Assembly (NCBI GenBank): GCA_038496445.1
Contig: JALMLS010000598.1
Span: forward strand, 62,001-126,000
Length of the DNA stretch: 64,000 bases
DNA from: Trichosphaerium sp. ATCC 40318
Taxonomy: Eukaryota > Protista > Tubulinea
Direction: 5' to 3'
Part shown: one piece after another, positions 47,701 through 60,790 of the stretch
Layout: the number at the start of each line of letters is the position of its first letter
Numbering within the stretch: the stretch's first letter is position 1
The notes under the pieces: generated by a model
Database searches by the model: none
The model's input: the letters and a program-made list of their open reading frames with translations, nothing else
What the model was told of the DNA's origin: nothing
Made by a program: the position numbers and the translations under genes

Positions 47701-50700
47701 GTGCAATGCTCATTGAAGCATATGATAATTCTGACTGGTCTCCTGATGAGAGTATGTGAATTGTTTTGTACAAAGTGTTTACTTTTTTGATTAGATGGAA
47801 TGTACTATCCAAAGATTTCGCTTCTGAACACTTTTGGCCCTTGGTTTTTTGAAGCTGTAGCAATGGACAAGTATGTATATTTTGCTATTTACAATAACTA
47901 AATATTATCAGGGAGTTCATGCCTGGTATAGCTACTGCATATAGTGGTCTCTGTCAGATTTTTTGTCAGGTACATAAAAAAATGTCTTTTAAACTACCAG
48001 AGTCTATGAGACTTTCAAAAGGTTATCTATTAAGTATACTTACGTTTTATTTATTAGAGAGGACCTGTTCGTTATTCTAACGAAGTTTTGAGTAATTTTT
48101 ATGATGTCTTACGCAATGTACGTTTCGTTTGTTGTTTTTTTTTATTATTATTTTTGGATTTTTCCTTAAGTTAATCATTATAGGGTCTTACGACATATCA
48201 TGGAACTGTTGTTAGCGATACTATTATTAAGCATGCTTATGATATATTTGCCTTGGCACTTCCTGGAGCATACGTACTGACACCGTACTTTCTCTCTGCT
48301 TTACAAGTAAGTTACTCTTTGGCTGTTAACACTTTGCATTTTTTTCTCACTTGCTGTGTGCTTTAGTCTGTTGGTAAATCGAAACATACTGTTCGTGCGC
48401 GAGCTATGATGATATTAGCTTCAATGACTCCTTATACGTTCCAATACAGCGCTTTGCAAGTGACAGATATTGATGATAAGGTACATGCTGTTTGTTGGCT
48501 TTGTTATTTTTCCTTTTTTGTATGTATGTTTTCTAATGGACCTGATAGACTGCTGCTCGCTTGGGTATTAAAAACCAAACTTTCGCCATGTCGGATACTC
48601 TCAAGCATGTTGTTGATTGTGTTCAAAACACTTTGGAGAACGACCCTGTACCTCGGTTCCAGAATGGCGCTTTATCACAACTTACAACTGTATTATTTTC
48701 TCTTATATATAATGGTGGTGATATGCCCGATAGGTACGCGATAGGTTCGGCCTGAGCTGTTATTATTCAGTGAATTCACTTGATCAATATTCTGAGCGGT
48801 TAAGCAGTTTTTGTTGACTTTCTCTGTAGGATGGAGTATGTTACACGTATTATTACTGCTTTGTTAAAAAGAACTACTGACTCAAATCAAATGGTGGCCA
48901 TAAATGCGTTAATGAGTGTAGCGTCTATTGCTAATATGGCTGTTCCAATTTTGGAGCTTAACATTGTGCGACTTGGGTTTTTTTTTGTTTTTTATTTGTT
49001 TTTGTTTTGGTTTCTTTTCTTTTGGTTTCTATTCTTATTTTTTACTGTAGTTTGTTGTTGAGGATATTTTATCTACACTTTGCTCTAATATTGAGAGTAT
49101 TTTATTCACATCTGATTCCGGTATGTTAACATTTTTTGTTTAAATTTTTTTCTCTTCAGACTTTTGCTAAACTCTTTCTAATACCCATCTTGTGTAACTC
49201 GCTCCTTAGATCCTGTTGTTGCCGAACATTACTATACTATTATGGAATGGATGATGAGTGTGCCAAGCGCTTTTTTTACAGAGAAGCGAAAGTATTTAAT
49301 AAGTGCCGTTATGAAACAAGTTTTTGCTGTAATCAGCGAAAGCAAGGTACATTATAATTAGCCCTGGATTGCCACTTTTACTTAACTCACCTAGATGGAT
49401 ATGGCTAAAGAGTACTCACATCAGAAAACTTATTCAGGACAACGTATGTTTCATTGTCAGCCGTAATTAGCAAATATTTTTCTTGGGTTCTTTGGACTGT
49501 TGAAAAAAAGTTTTTGCATGAAAACTTTACCGGTTTTTCACTGACACTTAGGTTCGTCCGAAAAAAAGGGCAGTAAAGGTAACAAAGGACTATTCAAAAA
49601 GAATGCAGGCAGAAAGCCTACTGTTGATAAAGGTGATAAGGTGTCAGAACATGGTTACGAGATGCAGGTACTTTTATTAGTTTCTGTTTTTGGACTTTTT
49701 TTTTGTTGCTTCTAACCTGCTTCCTTGAGACACCATTGAGCCATGGTAGTGCACTTTCAAAGGTACTTGGTCTTACTTTTTGTTACTGAATTGCTTTTGT
49801 TGTAACCGTCGTTCTGTTGTAGGATTCTGATAGCTCTGATGGTGCTACTGAAAATACCGATTCTCCTAGAGACGTTTCAGTTAGTACAGTATCTTCTCGT
49901 GTTATGGAAGCAGCAGAGACTCTTCTTATGCACTTGGCACATTACTTTAATAGTTTCCCTCCAACTGAGCGTTATGATACTATTCTATCTAACATTACAG
50001 AACTACCATACAACGTAGAGGATGTGTACGTTGTACATTATTATGATGTTTGATACTAATATAATTCTGTTTGTAGTGATGAAGAGGAAGGTAAGGAAAA
50101 GATTCTAATGTATGCTGTAAATGAGGAGTTGTTCTCGTTTTTGGAGATTCCAAAAGGTATGAATGAAACCTAGAGAGCTGGTTTCGTGTTGTTCCACCTT
50201 TTGTTTCTTGGGTTTTTTGTACTGACGATAAGTTTTAGAGGGTAGTGTTAATATAGCTAAGATTGCAGTAAATAATTTAAAACACTTGGATGCATTACTA
50301 GCTGATACTAGAGCTGCCCACTACTTTGATGCGTACGAATTGATTCAGTAGATGTTTTTTCTCAGTTTTTTGTTAACTTTTTTTAACAGTTACTTAAAAT
50401 CTGTTGCTCGTGATCCACTACTGTCTTTCTATTATGATTGTAAGGAAAATGGTACATTATATCCTAAATATACAGAGTTTGTATTAATTCTACTAGACGC
50501 AAACGGTGTAGAACACTCTAGGTATACAAAACATCAAAGTGAATATGTAGCTTCTCTTTACTTTAAACCAAAATCTAGACACTCGTAAGTTTCCCTATCT
50601 CTTGGTTTATCATTATGCGTACAAAGTTTACTAAATGTTGTTTGTTTAGATTGGTTAGCTTGCTTCCTTCCTTCAACTGGAAAGAGGATGATGAGAAACC

Positions 50701-53245
50701 AGAAGATATTATAAAAGAACTTTTCCCAATTGTTGTAGAGGAATTAATTAAGGATGTCGCACTTTTTAAGGATTCTAAGTTTGTAAATTTAGTACCTGGT
50801 ACGTTAGTATTGAGAATACTACTTGATTAGTTTCCTTCAATATCAAACAAAGGAACAACACGTGTTTTTTGTAAAATGTTCTTTTTTACCTTTTTATTCT
50901 TACTTGCTGTTGTTAACCACTTTATAGCTCATATTGCTCGTGTTATGCTGCGTAACAATATGGGACGTTATGTGTGGGATTGTGAACTAAACTGGACAAA
51001 GAAGCTACAGCTTCCAGGAGATAATAGTCCACTACCTCCACCTAATAAGAGCTTCAAGTCATTAAGCGAAATTCAATCAATTTCAAGGCCTTCTCGCAAG
51101 CGCAGGTAAATATCAAGAAATATTTAACTATGATGTACTACCTATGCGTATCTATAGTATCCTCATTAATAATGATGGATATGGATAGGCAACGTAGTAC
51201 ACTGGTATAACTATATCAACATTGTTACAGTAATTGTTGTTTCTTTTTATTCTTATTATGTATCTATCTTTGTATCACTTATCCACCTTATATGCCTGAC
51301 GCACAGTCTTCAAGTGAAGAAACACTGTTAGCGGTAGAACCTTCAGAACTATCTGTCAGCGAATGGTAGTCTGCATGATTTTTCTTTTGAAAACGAAATT
51401 TTGTTTCAATTGTTTTTTGTTCCACAGCTCCATTTCTTGTTCATTCATCTTTGTTACGTTTGCTGATTTCGTGTTTTAGCAGTATTAGCAGTCACAACAA
51501 GGAAAAAAAGCGAGATAAGAGTAATGTAAGGTCTTCTGTACCTGATTCTCTTCAAGAAGATGAAGAAACCAGATTCGACTTGGAAGGACTTCTCGTTCAG
51601 TACGTCTTTTTAAGGGATCCCTTTCTAGATGCCTATGAATTACAGTGGATTATTTGTGAATTATTCCTAACAAGTGTTTGTTAGCTTGGGTTCTAGTAGA
51701 AGAGATATTCTAAAGAAGTTTAAAGGAAACCCATTAAACCAACCAAGTGCTTTACCTTCAGAATTTGATACTGATATATACGACATGAATAAACGATTAG
51801 TGAAACAAGCAGAGGAGGATAGAAAGGCCATTAATGCTCGTAAAAAACAGAGGTACGTTTCGACTGTCTTATACAAAGGGTCGGTCAACGATTGATGGCC
51901 CCTTTTTGTCTTAGACCGTTTTTCTTTGTCCGACCGTTTTTGGTTCGTTTTTTTTGAAGAACCGTTTATTGATGTTATTTTTTATAGCAGCAATGAGACT
52001 TGGGCGATACAGGCCCCACCACCAGCTGTGTCTGTTGGCAAAAAAAGGAATACACAGTTACTTCTGAGGTAGGTTTTCAATGTTACATTTTTGGATCATA
52101 TTTTAATGTTAACGATGTTGCTTAGTCACTTGGGTTTCTTCTCGCGTGATAATAGATCTTACTTTTCTTGGGTTGATACACATACTCAACAATTCAAGCG
52201 TTTACTAAATCAGCTTGATTCGAAGATCCCAAGGTACTTAACAATCAAATTACTTTGTGATTGCGCTGTTTTCTTTGACTCGATTTTTTTTTTGGGCAAT
52301 GTCGGTTTTAACTATGTCGTAGGCGTGAGATGATTAAAGTTGGCCTTATATATGTGCGTAATGGTCAAGAACACGAGAAAGAGTTAATGAGAAATGATTA
52401 TTCTGTTGCTTCGCCTCAATACCAAGAATTCGTTCAAGCAATGGCAACTATTGTATGTCAATATTTTAGAAACCTGGACATTTTCTGAAACATTGTGTAG
52501 GTAAATCTAGAGCATCACAAAGGATACTATGGTCATTTGGAAAAGGACATGTGTCCATTGATGCCTTACTATGCGAATTCAACTCTTGAGTTGGCTTTCC
52601 ATGAAGTTGTGGGTATGGTTACGCTTGAAAGAGAAGATAAGAATCTCCTAAGAAAGGTAGAGAAGATACACGTCTCTCAAGTAATTATTAACCATTTTTG
52701 TGTGATAGAAACGTCATGTTGGTAATGATCCTATTCATATTATTTGGACTGAACATATTCGAAAATACAGCCCTATGACTATTGTGAGTCAGTTTAATGA
52801 TGCTCATATTATTGTATATCCTCTTCCTAATGGATTGTTTGGTATTCAAATTGCAAAGAAACCAAGGGTACGATTTTTTAGAGGGCGACTTGCAAAATGC
52901 TTTTTTTAATTTTTTTTTTGTTCTGATTTTTTTCAACCCTAGATGCCACATTTCGGACCACTTGTTCATAATGCTGTTGTTTCAAAAGAAACGTTGCCTA
53001 TTCTTGTACGACAAACGGCTATAAGTGCAAATAAAGTCGTTAGGTACGTTAGAAAGACATTAAAAATAGGAAGACATTTTATTTTAAATCTTAAGGTTAT
53101 GACTCACGTTTACTTTAGGAAGCAGCAAGAGAATTATACATCTGGGTATTACAGTAGAAAGAATGAGATCAAACAAATTATTCAGAAATTCAAGCAATCA
53201 AAGGATTACTATTCGTACATTGCTGATTTTATGAATACTGCTTAA
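44785..53245 (+). CDS. RalGAP-alpha/tuberin-like protein with C-terminal Rap/Ran-GAP domain, many exons
   Basis: ARVMLRNNMGRYVWD, IKVGLIYVRNGQE, PYYANSTLELAFH, KRHVGNDPIHIIWTEH (Asn-thumb helix), SQFNDAHIIVYPL and FGPL...LPILVRQTAISA. Confidence 0.88.
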
Positions 53246-54047
53246 AAAAGAAAGTATCAAAAAAAAAACCAAAAACTACAACAAGCAAAAACAAACTTCA
53301 GATTCTTTTTTTTCTGTGTTTGGCTTGTTGTGTTTTTTGTGGGTATTTTTCTCATTCTAACCGTAAAGAGTTATTATTGATTGATAATAACTTAACACTG
53401 GTAGACAATCGAACCAAAAAAAAAAAAGTTGTAAAAATGATTACTTAAAAAAAAAGTTGTAAATTAAAGTAGTTCGTTCACGTGCACCCTACCAATTTTT
53501 TTTTCATTGTCAGTTTCAATAGATAAATGTCATGCTATAGCGCATAGAAATATTAAGATAATTTAGCAACATAGCCGACAAACTACTTACGATGTACAAC
53601 AGCTCAGTCTCAATGAATCAAGCTGTGAATTGTATTTTAACTCATTACACAAGTGTAAAGTGAAGCTATCTCGACTTGAAAACTATCCTGCTTTTTTCTT
53701 CTAATTTCTACAAGCACAAATCACGTGTTGTTTCACAACTCCAATAGCTGTAGACTCGTCAGATTTGGAGATAATGTCATAGAGCGCTTTTTTGTGCTAT
53801 TGGGGTAGTGCACTTACATAGATAGCCACAATATCAGGATAATGGTGATTTGCTTGTGCGGGAAGACACCTTAGAGAAGCATGATAACAAACAAAAATGT
53901 AAAAAAAAAAGCGAGTTTTAAGGCACGTTGGCTTATAGGTTGCAGTTTTAAACAAAAACAACTTTACTTTTCTTCGTTGGCCACAACAAGCTGTTGATAT
54001 TAAATATACACTCCGAGAATAGCCAAAGTCAACAATACAAATAAAAC

Positions 54048-55609
54048 ATGACTGCAGTGATAGATTGTGGTTCTCATACGTGTAGGGTGGGTTTTGCAGG
54101 AAATGAGGAGCCGAGCGCTATTTTCAGAAACGCTTTGGTTGTACAAGGTCTAAACACAAAGAGTACGCCTCAAACAAGTGAAAAAATGCTGTTTCGCATT
54201 GTTAACAGTCTTTTTAAACTAACGGAACTTGTAGAGACCTTTGTGGGCGAGGATGCGCTTAGAAGTGGTCTAGAAGTACAATACCCAAAGAAAAACGGCG
54301 TTTTTGATAGCACAGAAGCGATGGAAAAAATATATAACCATGCATTCTACAAAGCTCTAGAAACCTCCCCCGAAGATAACCGTGTTGTCATAACAGAGTA
54401 TCCTATGTCCTCAAAAATCCAAAGGTAACACTACTTACCATTTTGCCTCGAGAAAAGTGACTTTTCACTGAAAAGATTTTAACAGCTTACACAAACGTTT
54501 TTTGTTTTTTCTTCATCTCACATACTACTCACATACGTATGGTGCAAATATTTACTTATTTCGCGTGGTGTTTAATGAGTCTTTCTATCATTGCAAAACA
54601 CTTAAAGTGCTTACTAAGATTTTTTTGTTGGTCCGTTTTACACCTTTTTTTTTGACTTCGTAGGTCAGCTTTTGCTTAAATTATTACTTGAAAATATCTT
54701 TTTATTGGTAATTATCACTGGCGCATTGTCATTTCTTGTAGAAATCTATAGTATACTGATACAGCACGTTTTTTTTAGAGAGAAAAAAACAATGATGATG
54801 TTCGAGACGTATGAGGTTCCAGCACTTTCTTTAGCTCTTACAACACATGCGTCAATGTTTGATTATGGTCGTATTACAGCATTATCCGTATGTTGTGGTG
54901 ATAGCATCACAAGTGTACATCCAATTCACAATAGTTTCGATTTACCACACGCAGTTTCCTCGTTTAATATTGGTGGTTCACACCTTACAGATCACCTTGT
55001 GAAGTGCCTTAATGTACAAGGTCATAATTTTGAAGGCACTGGAGGAAGAGAGCTTGTAGGAAAAATCAAAGAGGAAACGTGTCACGTGCCTTTAGATGCT
55101 AAAAACAAGTGTGAAGATAAAGTTTTTACAATGCCAGATGCTAGAAAAATCAATATCCCTTCTTCTCTTCAACAATGCACTGAAGCTATATTTAATCCTT
55201 CCCTAATTGGACTAAAGTATCCTGGATTACATACTATGATATATGAGTCTATCATGAAATGTGATATGTCTCTTAGAGCAGTACGAGAAACCAACCTTTT
55301 TTTTCACTATTTTTTCTTTTTTGGTTTTTGGGTTTATTATTCCTTTAGGACCTGTTTTCCGCAATTGTTGTCAGTGGTGGTAACTCTAAGTTCCCTGGTT
55401 TTAAAGAGCGTTTATTGAAAGAGTTAAAACAGCTAGCACACTGTAATGTCGTTGTAAGTATAGAAGACGAAAAATGCGATAAGGTATGGATAGGAGGTTC
55501 TATAATTGGCTCTTTGGGTACTACAGCATGGATAACAAAGGAAATGTATGATGAGTATGGACCTGGTATCATTTACAGTGACAGGGATAAGGCGGGTTTC
55601 TATTTGTAA
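54048..55609 (+). CDS. Divergent actin / actin-related protein, 4 exons
   Basis: VIDCGSHTCRVGFAG, FVGEDA, MFETYEVP, GRITAL...GDSIT, IKEETC, IVVSGGNSKFPG and VWIGGSI. Introns at about 54163-54234, 54425-54778 and 55281-55348. Confidence 0.9.
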
Positions 55610-55874
55610 CTTGTTATACTCCAGTTTTAACACTAGTTTTGCTTCAAACAATGAGCAACTTGATAAATAAAAAAAAACTTAGTAAATGTATTTTGATATG
55701 TCTTACCCTCCTGGTCACAAGTCGATATTTGCAAACCATAGGTTGCATTAATCATTGATCACATGAAGGCGTATATTTGACAGCTAATCGTCGTGTGCAG
55801 ATTCTATTTTTGTTTCCTTCATTAGCTTTTTCTTCGAAAAACTACTCTCACGGTTTATTAATGTACAAGTTAAC

Positions 55875-56198
55875 TTACGCTTCTTCAAACTTATAACTAG
55901 TTGTGTAATAACCGGTTTTTATGGTAGCGGTTAAGAATAGCTTCTTTGTCGGTTTGTATATCTTATGCATAGTATACGTGACCGCATATGGCTGTGATAT
56001 TACTGTCCATCCCTTTGGAAGAGTACATTTTATAGGAGTTATAAAATTAAATCCAGCATGCCTCAATCGCTTGTGTTGTTGTTTATTTAGCCCGGGAAGG
56101 TCTATTGTTGTATATTCTGTTGTAATCGGTTCTTTTTCTATCAAACCCTTTTGTTTGAGCTTATTCATATATTTTTTTTGCTTAGCGTTGGTTGTCAT
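55875..56198 (-). CDS. Small basic intronless hypothetical protein
   Basis: ATG-initiated 107-aa ORF with AATAAA just downstream; no recognised domain. Confidence 0.5.
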   Translation of the reverse strand: MTTNAKQKKYMNKLKQKGLIEKEPITTEYTTIDLPGLNKQQHKRLRHAGFNFITPIKCTLPKGWTVISQPYAVTYTMHKIYKPTKKLFLTATIKTGYYTTSYKFEEA

Positions 56199-56933
56199 CG
56201 ATCTAGAGGTTGAAAAAATAGAAAAGAACAGAAAAAAGCTGTATTTTCAACGAAAAAAAAAGATAAAACTGTATCGCACTGAAATATCTCCAAAAATTCT
56301 GTTGAAGGAGAAGCTACATGACGAGTCATTGACCTTTCAATACCGAAAAATAACAAGTATTTGGTAAGGTAGTAGAATAGCTACCAATGAAGGTAATGTT
56401 ACCGTAGCACGAGAACCCGAAAGCGCGCTGTTGCCAAAAAACACGTGATACTGCCTTGTAGAAGTAAAGCAGTGCGATTGCACGAAGACATGGATAAACA
56501 AAATTGGCGTGTACATTCTCTTGAAAATGACTGGTTCTTTCAAAGTACGAATGCCAAGCAAAGTGCTACAACGACCCTCGTGGAAACTTCCTCTTAGATG
56601 ATATGTTTTACGTCACCTTCATAGTGACGCAGACAACTACCGGAGCATACTATACAGCTAATTTTACGCAAAGTATGCGTAGAGCCACAGTGACCCTAGC
56701 CTATAAGACTAAGAATATGCCGCTGCAACTACCTTTATATGAGATCTAAACTGAACGTTAGGTGGTATAGAATCTTGGTACCAACGATTTGTAAAGTTAG
56801 TAGCTAAATAAGTTTTTACTTCGAAGTGATACTACAAACAACATTCGGTCAAGGCAAAGAAGGATGGTCCAAGTGCTGTACTTTAGTGTTATACATTTGA
56901 TTGAGTTGTGGTTTGTTTTGTTGGTATGTTTCT

Positions 56934-57679
56934 TTATCTCCTTGTCAAGTGAATGCGTTGAAGGTAGCTGTTATACTGATGGAGATATGTGATATACAAA
57001 CAATCTCGAGCATAGAATATTTGGTTAGGTGGGACGCTTCTGTACAAGTTGCCTCTGAGGATCTTATAAAAATAACATAGCTTTGTGGCCACAAGTACAA
57101 AAATGTTGTCATCCATTACAAAGTAAACAAGACCATATTGGCCCGCACATGCTGATTTTAAAACAGATCTTTCATCACAGGTGAATAGTATCTCGCCAGA
57201 GTGTTCTTCAATTATACTCCTTCCAACAACTCGAACTGATTTCCATGGTGGCTCAATAGGGTTTTTGTATGTAATTCTACGAATACAAATATCACGTGAT
57301 CCACCATCAAAATGAAGGCACATGCCAGGGTTATAAATGTCGTGTAAAGTCAACTACGTTGTGTCAAAAAAACAAGTCTCGGAAATACAGTACTTTGTGT
57401 GTATCTGGAGGATCATATATATGTCCTATTCAGTAAAAGTCATGGCGCAACCTTAACCGATCGAATGACTTTGAAAACAGTTAACAAAAAAGTTTATTAG
57501 TATCGTTTAGTGAAATATCATACCTCTTTCTCTGGCACATCTACCTGTATATATCGCCATAATAATGTACAAGAAGCGCGGAGAGAACGTAAAATGTCAC
57601 GAGAGGCGAAATGTAGAATAGAAACAAGCATTTCAGGAGGCAAGTCAGTTAACATGCTGTAATATGCTGCTTTGTGCAT
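56934..57679 (-). CDS. F-box protein, multi-exon
   Basis: First exon MHKAAYYSMLTDLPPEMLVSILHFASRDILRSLRASCTLLWRY (F-box), GTATG donor, and a last exon matching track ORF 56934-57353. Confidence 0.7.
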
Positions 57680-57996
57680 ATTTAATATCTAAAACTGCTT
57701 TTATAGGCAGACTAAACAAGCGTGACTTAATTCAAGTTCCAAATATTTGTGGTTACTGCAGTAAAGAACTGCCACTCAATTTAATGCGCAGCTGTGGCTA
57801 CAAGATGTTGTAGTCATTGTAGGCTAAAACGAGTGCCATAGGATTTGGTTGTTAGCCATAACAAAAAGCAACACCCTCCACAGTCAGAAAGTCTTAAATA
57901 AGTGCTGAAAACAGTTATGTTAAAAAAGAGGACAACTGAAACAAAACCAAGAATTACATGCTTGTTCACTTCTTTTTGTTTGAAAGGTGTTTCAGA

Positions 57997-59055
57997 ATGT
58001 CGCCAAAGAATCAGTGTATGCTCCTTTTATGGATCTTACCTTCCGAATACGCGACTTAAACGATAAATTCAGCAAAGTGTAGAAAAAAAAAGAAACTGTT
58101 TTACTGCTTTCGTTGTTGCGAATCTGTATTCGCTCCTTTACTCCAAATAGCTATCAAGGCGTAGACACTTCACGCTGGTTTTAAAAAAAAAAACAGAATC
58201 CTTAGGCCGTTTTCTTACATTTCTGTTGACGGTCGGTATGTTGTGTACAGTGAGTGTACGTGTATACAATAAGCATATTGATATGGTTCACAAGTGAGAG
58301 CGTACCTCAGTGAAGCCAATTTTCAATTTCGAAAAACGGTTTTTATCGCTAGTGATTTTTGAATCAACGAGTAGGTGATAGAAGCGCTACATAATCACAT
58401 GTAACTCAATGGACTGGGATAGTTTGTTAGGACGGATGTTAATAGCGTAGATTCAACTTCAGGTGCTTAGTGTATGCACTATCTTAGTGCATCACTTGCA
58501 TGCGTCTCTGGTGGTTAAGACTTCTTTCATAGTAATTGATAGAGTATTCTACACTTCGGAGGGAAGGATTGAAGTTCACTACTGCGGTATGTAGTAGTGC
58601 GGAAGAAAATTAAGCCAATTTGCTAAAAGGACAGAAAATCCGTATTCAAGCGTCGTCACCGGTTGTAGAATTATCGGTACCCTTGTGTTTGTTACCACGT
58701 TGAGTATTAGCTATTGTTACGATAGTGCTGAGAGCAAAAATGATGACCTGCCAAAGACTTTCATGTAGCGTTGCAATTCAACACTAATGTCTCGGATAAG
58801 CCCTCCCATAACCTTCTATACGTTGTACCACGGTACAACGTATAAGTACGAAAGAAGTACTAAACAACGGCGTGATTATTGGTACACTATTAAGACGCTG
58901 TTGTGAACCCTGGAAAGCAGTTACAGCAAACAATGTACGAACGGTTAGTATTTTATTTCTTTTTCTTCGTGTCTAACAGTTGTTAGACAGCACCTATTTC
59001 CCCTGTTGATGTAGGAGACAATGTCAAACGCAAACATAGCCAAAAGATCGTTTAA
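57997..59055 (+). CDS. Probable multi-exon hypothetical gene
   Basis: The 3' exons splice in phase (..PPITFYTLYHGTTYK/RCCEPWKAVTANN/TAPISPVDVGDNVKRKHSQKIV*). The 5' exons could not be resolved. Confidence 0.4.
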
Positions 59056-59384
59056 AGCGTTTTGCTGATGAAGCTTTTAATGATTCAAACTATTTACAAC
59101 GTGCGTAGTAACTATACGGTTTTTTACAGCTCCCTGAAAAGTAATCGGTAAACAGGCTTATTACAAACGCTGAAAATTATACTGCATATAGCCAATGCTA
59201 TGCTGCTATTTATTCAGGCGACTTTCGACTTCTTCCGTGTCCTAGACGTCGTTTGGAGTTTCATGTATTTTTTCGCTTCTAGATTCATTTTTTTGCCAAT
59301 ACACTCAGCCTCTACAATCTATTAAACGATGTTTGGTACGTCCACGTGACTGATTGCTTTTTTTTTCAAAAAAGGAAAACAATG

Positions 59385-59762
59385 TTTTACGCTTTGCAAC
59401 CAACTTCTCAACGATTTTCTACGCCAAAGGATAGTACTAGACACCTTTTGGTTTTTTTTTAATTGAAATAAATTTAATAATTTGCAGATGTTCTTCCGGA
59501 ATTCGGGAACCGACAGTTTTGCACCCAACGCGGCTTAGACGTGCATCTATCGCGTTGGGGGACACTGTTGGTTACCACAAAAATGAAGAATAAGGCGTAG
59601 CACGCAATTGCTTTTTATTTCGCCATTCGAAACGTTGTCAACGTTTTAATCCGCGCATCTTCGTTTTTTTGTTCAAATCCAAAACAATAAAAAAAAAACC
59701 GAATTATTTTTCACCATTTCAGTACTAATACGTTAAATTTGATTGCAAAAAGCAAAATCGCG
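59385..59762. repeat. Degenerate inverted-repeat (foldback/MITE-like) region with central hairpin
   Basis: Hairpin arms AACCGACAGT/ACTGTTGGTT and CCCAACGCG/CGCGTTGGG (59508-59573). Imperfect outer arms include TTTGGTTTTTTTTTAATTG vs CAATAAAAAAAAAACCGAA. Confidence 0.4.
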
Positions 59763-60365
59763 AAAAAAAACTTTAAAGTGCGAAGATTTACCTCGTTTCA
59801 TCATTTTTTATCTTCCTGTAATCGCTTTGAAACCCACATTATAGCGAATTGACGCTATAAGGCTATAAGCTACTAACGATTACTTGATTTAGGTTGTATC
59901 GTACTTAATATCATCGTGACCAACATAGAGTTAAAGGAGCAAACGTTGAAACTATTTTATTATTATCAAATCAATTTTTGGCGTTAGTTACAATGGAAAC
60001 GTACGAATTTGATTTTGAAGCTTTCAACTCATTTTGTTTGCATTAAACAAGTACAAAAATACGTTAATGTAGGACATACACCTTATGTAAACCAATAAAT
60101 ACAAGAATTAATAAGCTTTAGACGTTGTACAACCGATTGATTCTTCATAACGTTCACGCTTATAACAAACGCGAGCATTTTACATAACTGAGGTCTAAAA
60201 GGTATTTATAATTAAAATAAGAGGTTTAAACTTTTTACTCTGTTTTGTCATAACCCCCAATGATACAGTTGATTGATACCAACGCTCTTTGTGTCTCAAA
60301 ATTCTAAACGGGAGCTTAAGTTTCCTTACGTTTTTTTTGTTTTAGCAAAGCATCAACTTTTTACC

Positions 60366-60790
60366 ATGCAAACAAGATCCCAGACGCGCGCTCAAGAAGA
60401 AAACGGATGTGTCATACACCAACGAGAAAACAACAACCCTCACGCGCATGATTATTGTCCATGTAAGTGGTAGCCATAGTACAAAACTGAAACGAATTAC
60501 AAGTTACACGTGATTAACAATCATTTCGTTTCGTTTTTTGTCATTGTTTGTGGTCTAATTTTCTTTCTCCTCAAGTTAGCAACTTTTCATTGGCTGAAAT
60601 AGTACCATGTACTGTTGAGGATATAGTAAAAGGTGTAAATTATTGGACTGCACACGTAAAGGGAGGTAAGTTTCAGATGGAGGTAAAACAGACAACTACT
60701 ATAAACGCTCATGTTGGTGTTTACTACAGTGATCGTAGTGCTCCTATGTCTCCTACTGCTGTTATTTATTGTTACCCACCTCAACACTAA
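60366..60790 (+). CDS. Small 2-exon hypothetical protein
   Basis: MQTRSQTRAQEENGC...HDYCP, GTAAGT donor, second exon NFSLAEIVPC...YCYPPQH*. Confidence 0.6.

Noticed and set aside
58450-58600. Structured ncRNA (ATGCACTA/TAGTGCAT and CACTAC/GTAGTG hairpins)
   Set aside because: The hairpins are short and the region is better explained as exons and introns of the putative 57997-59055 gene.
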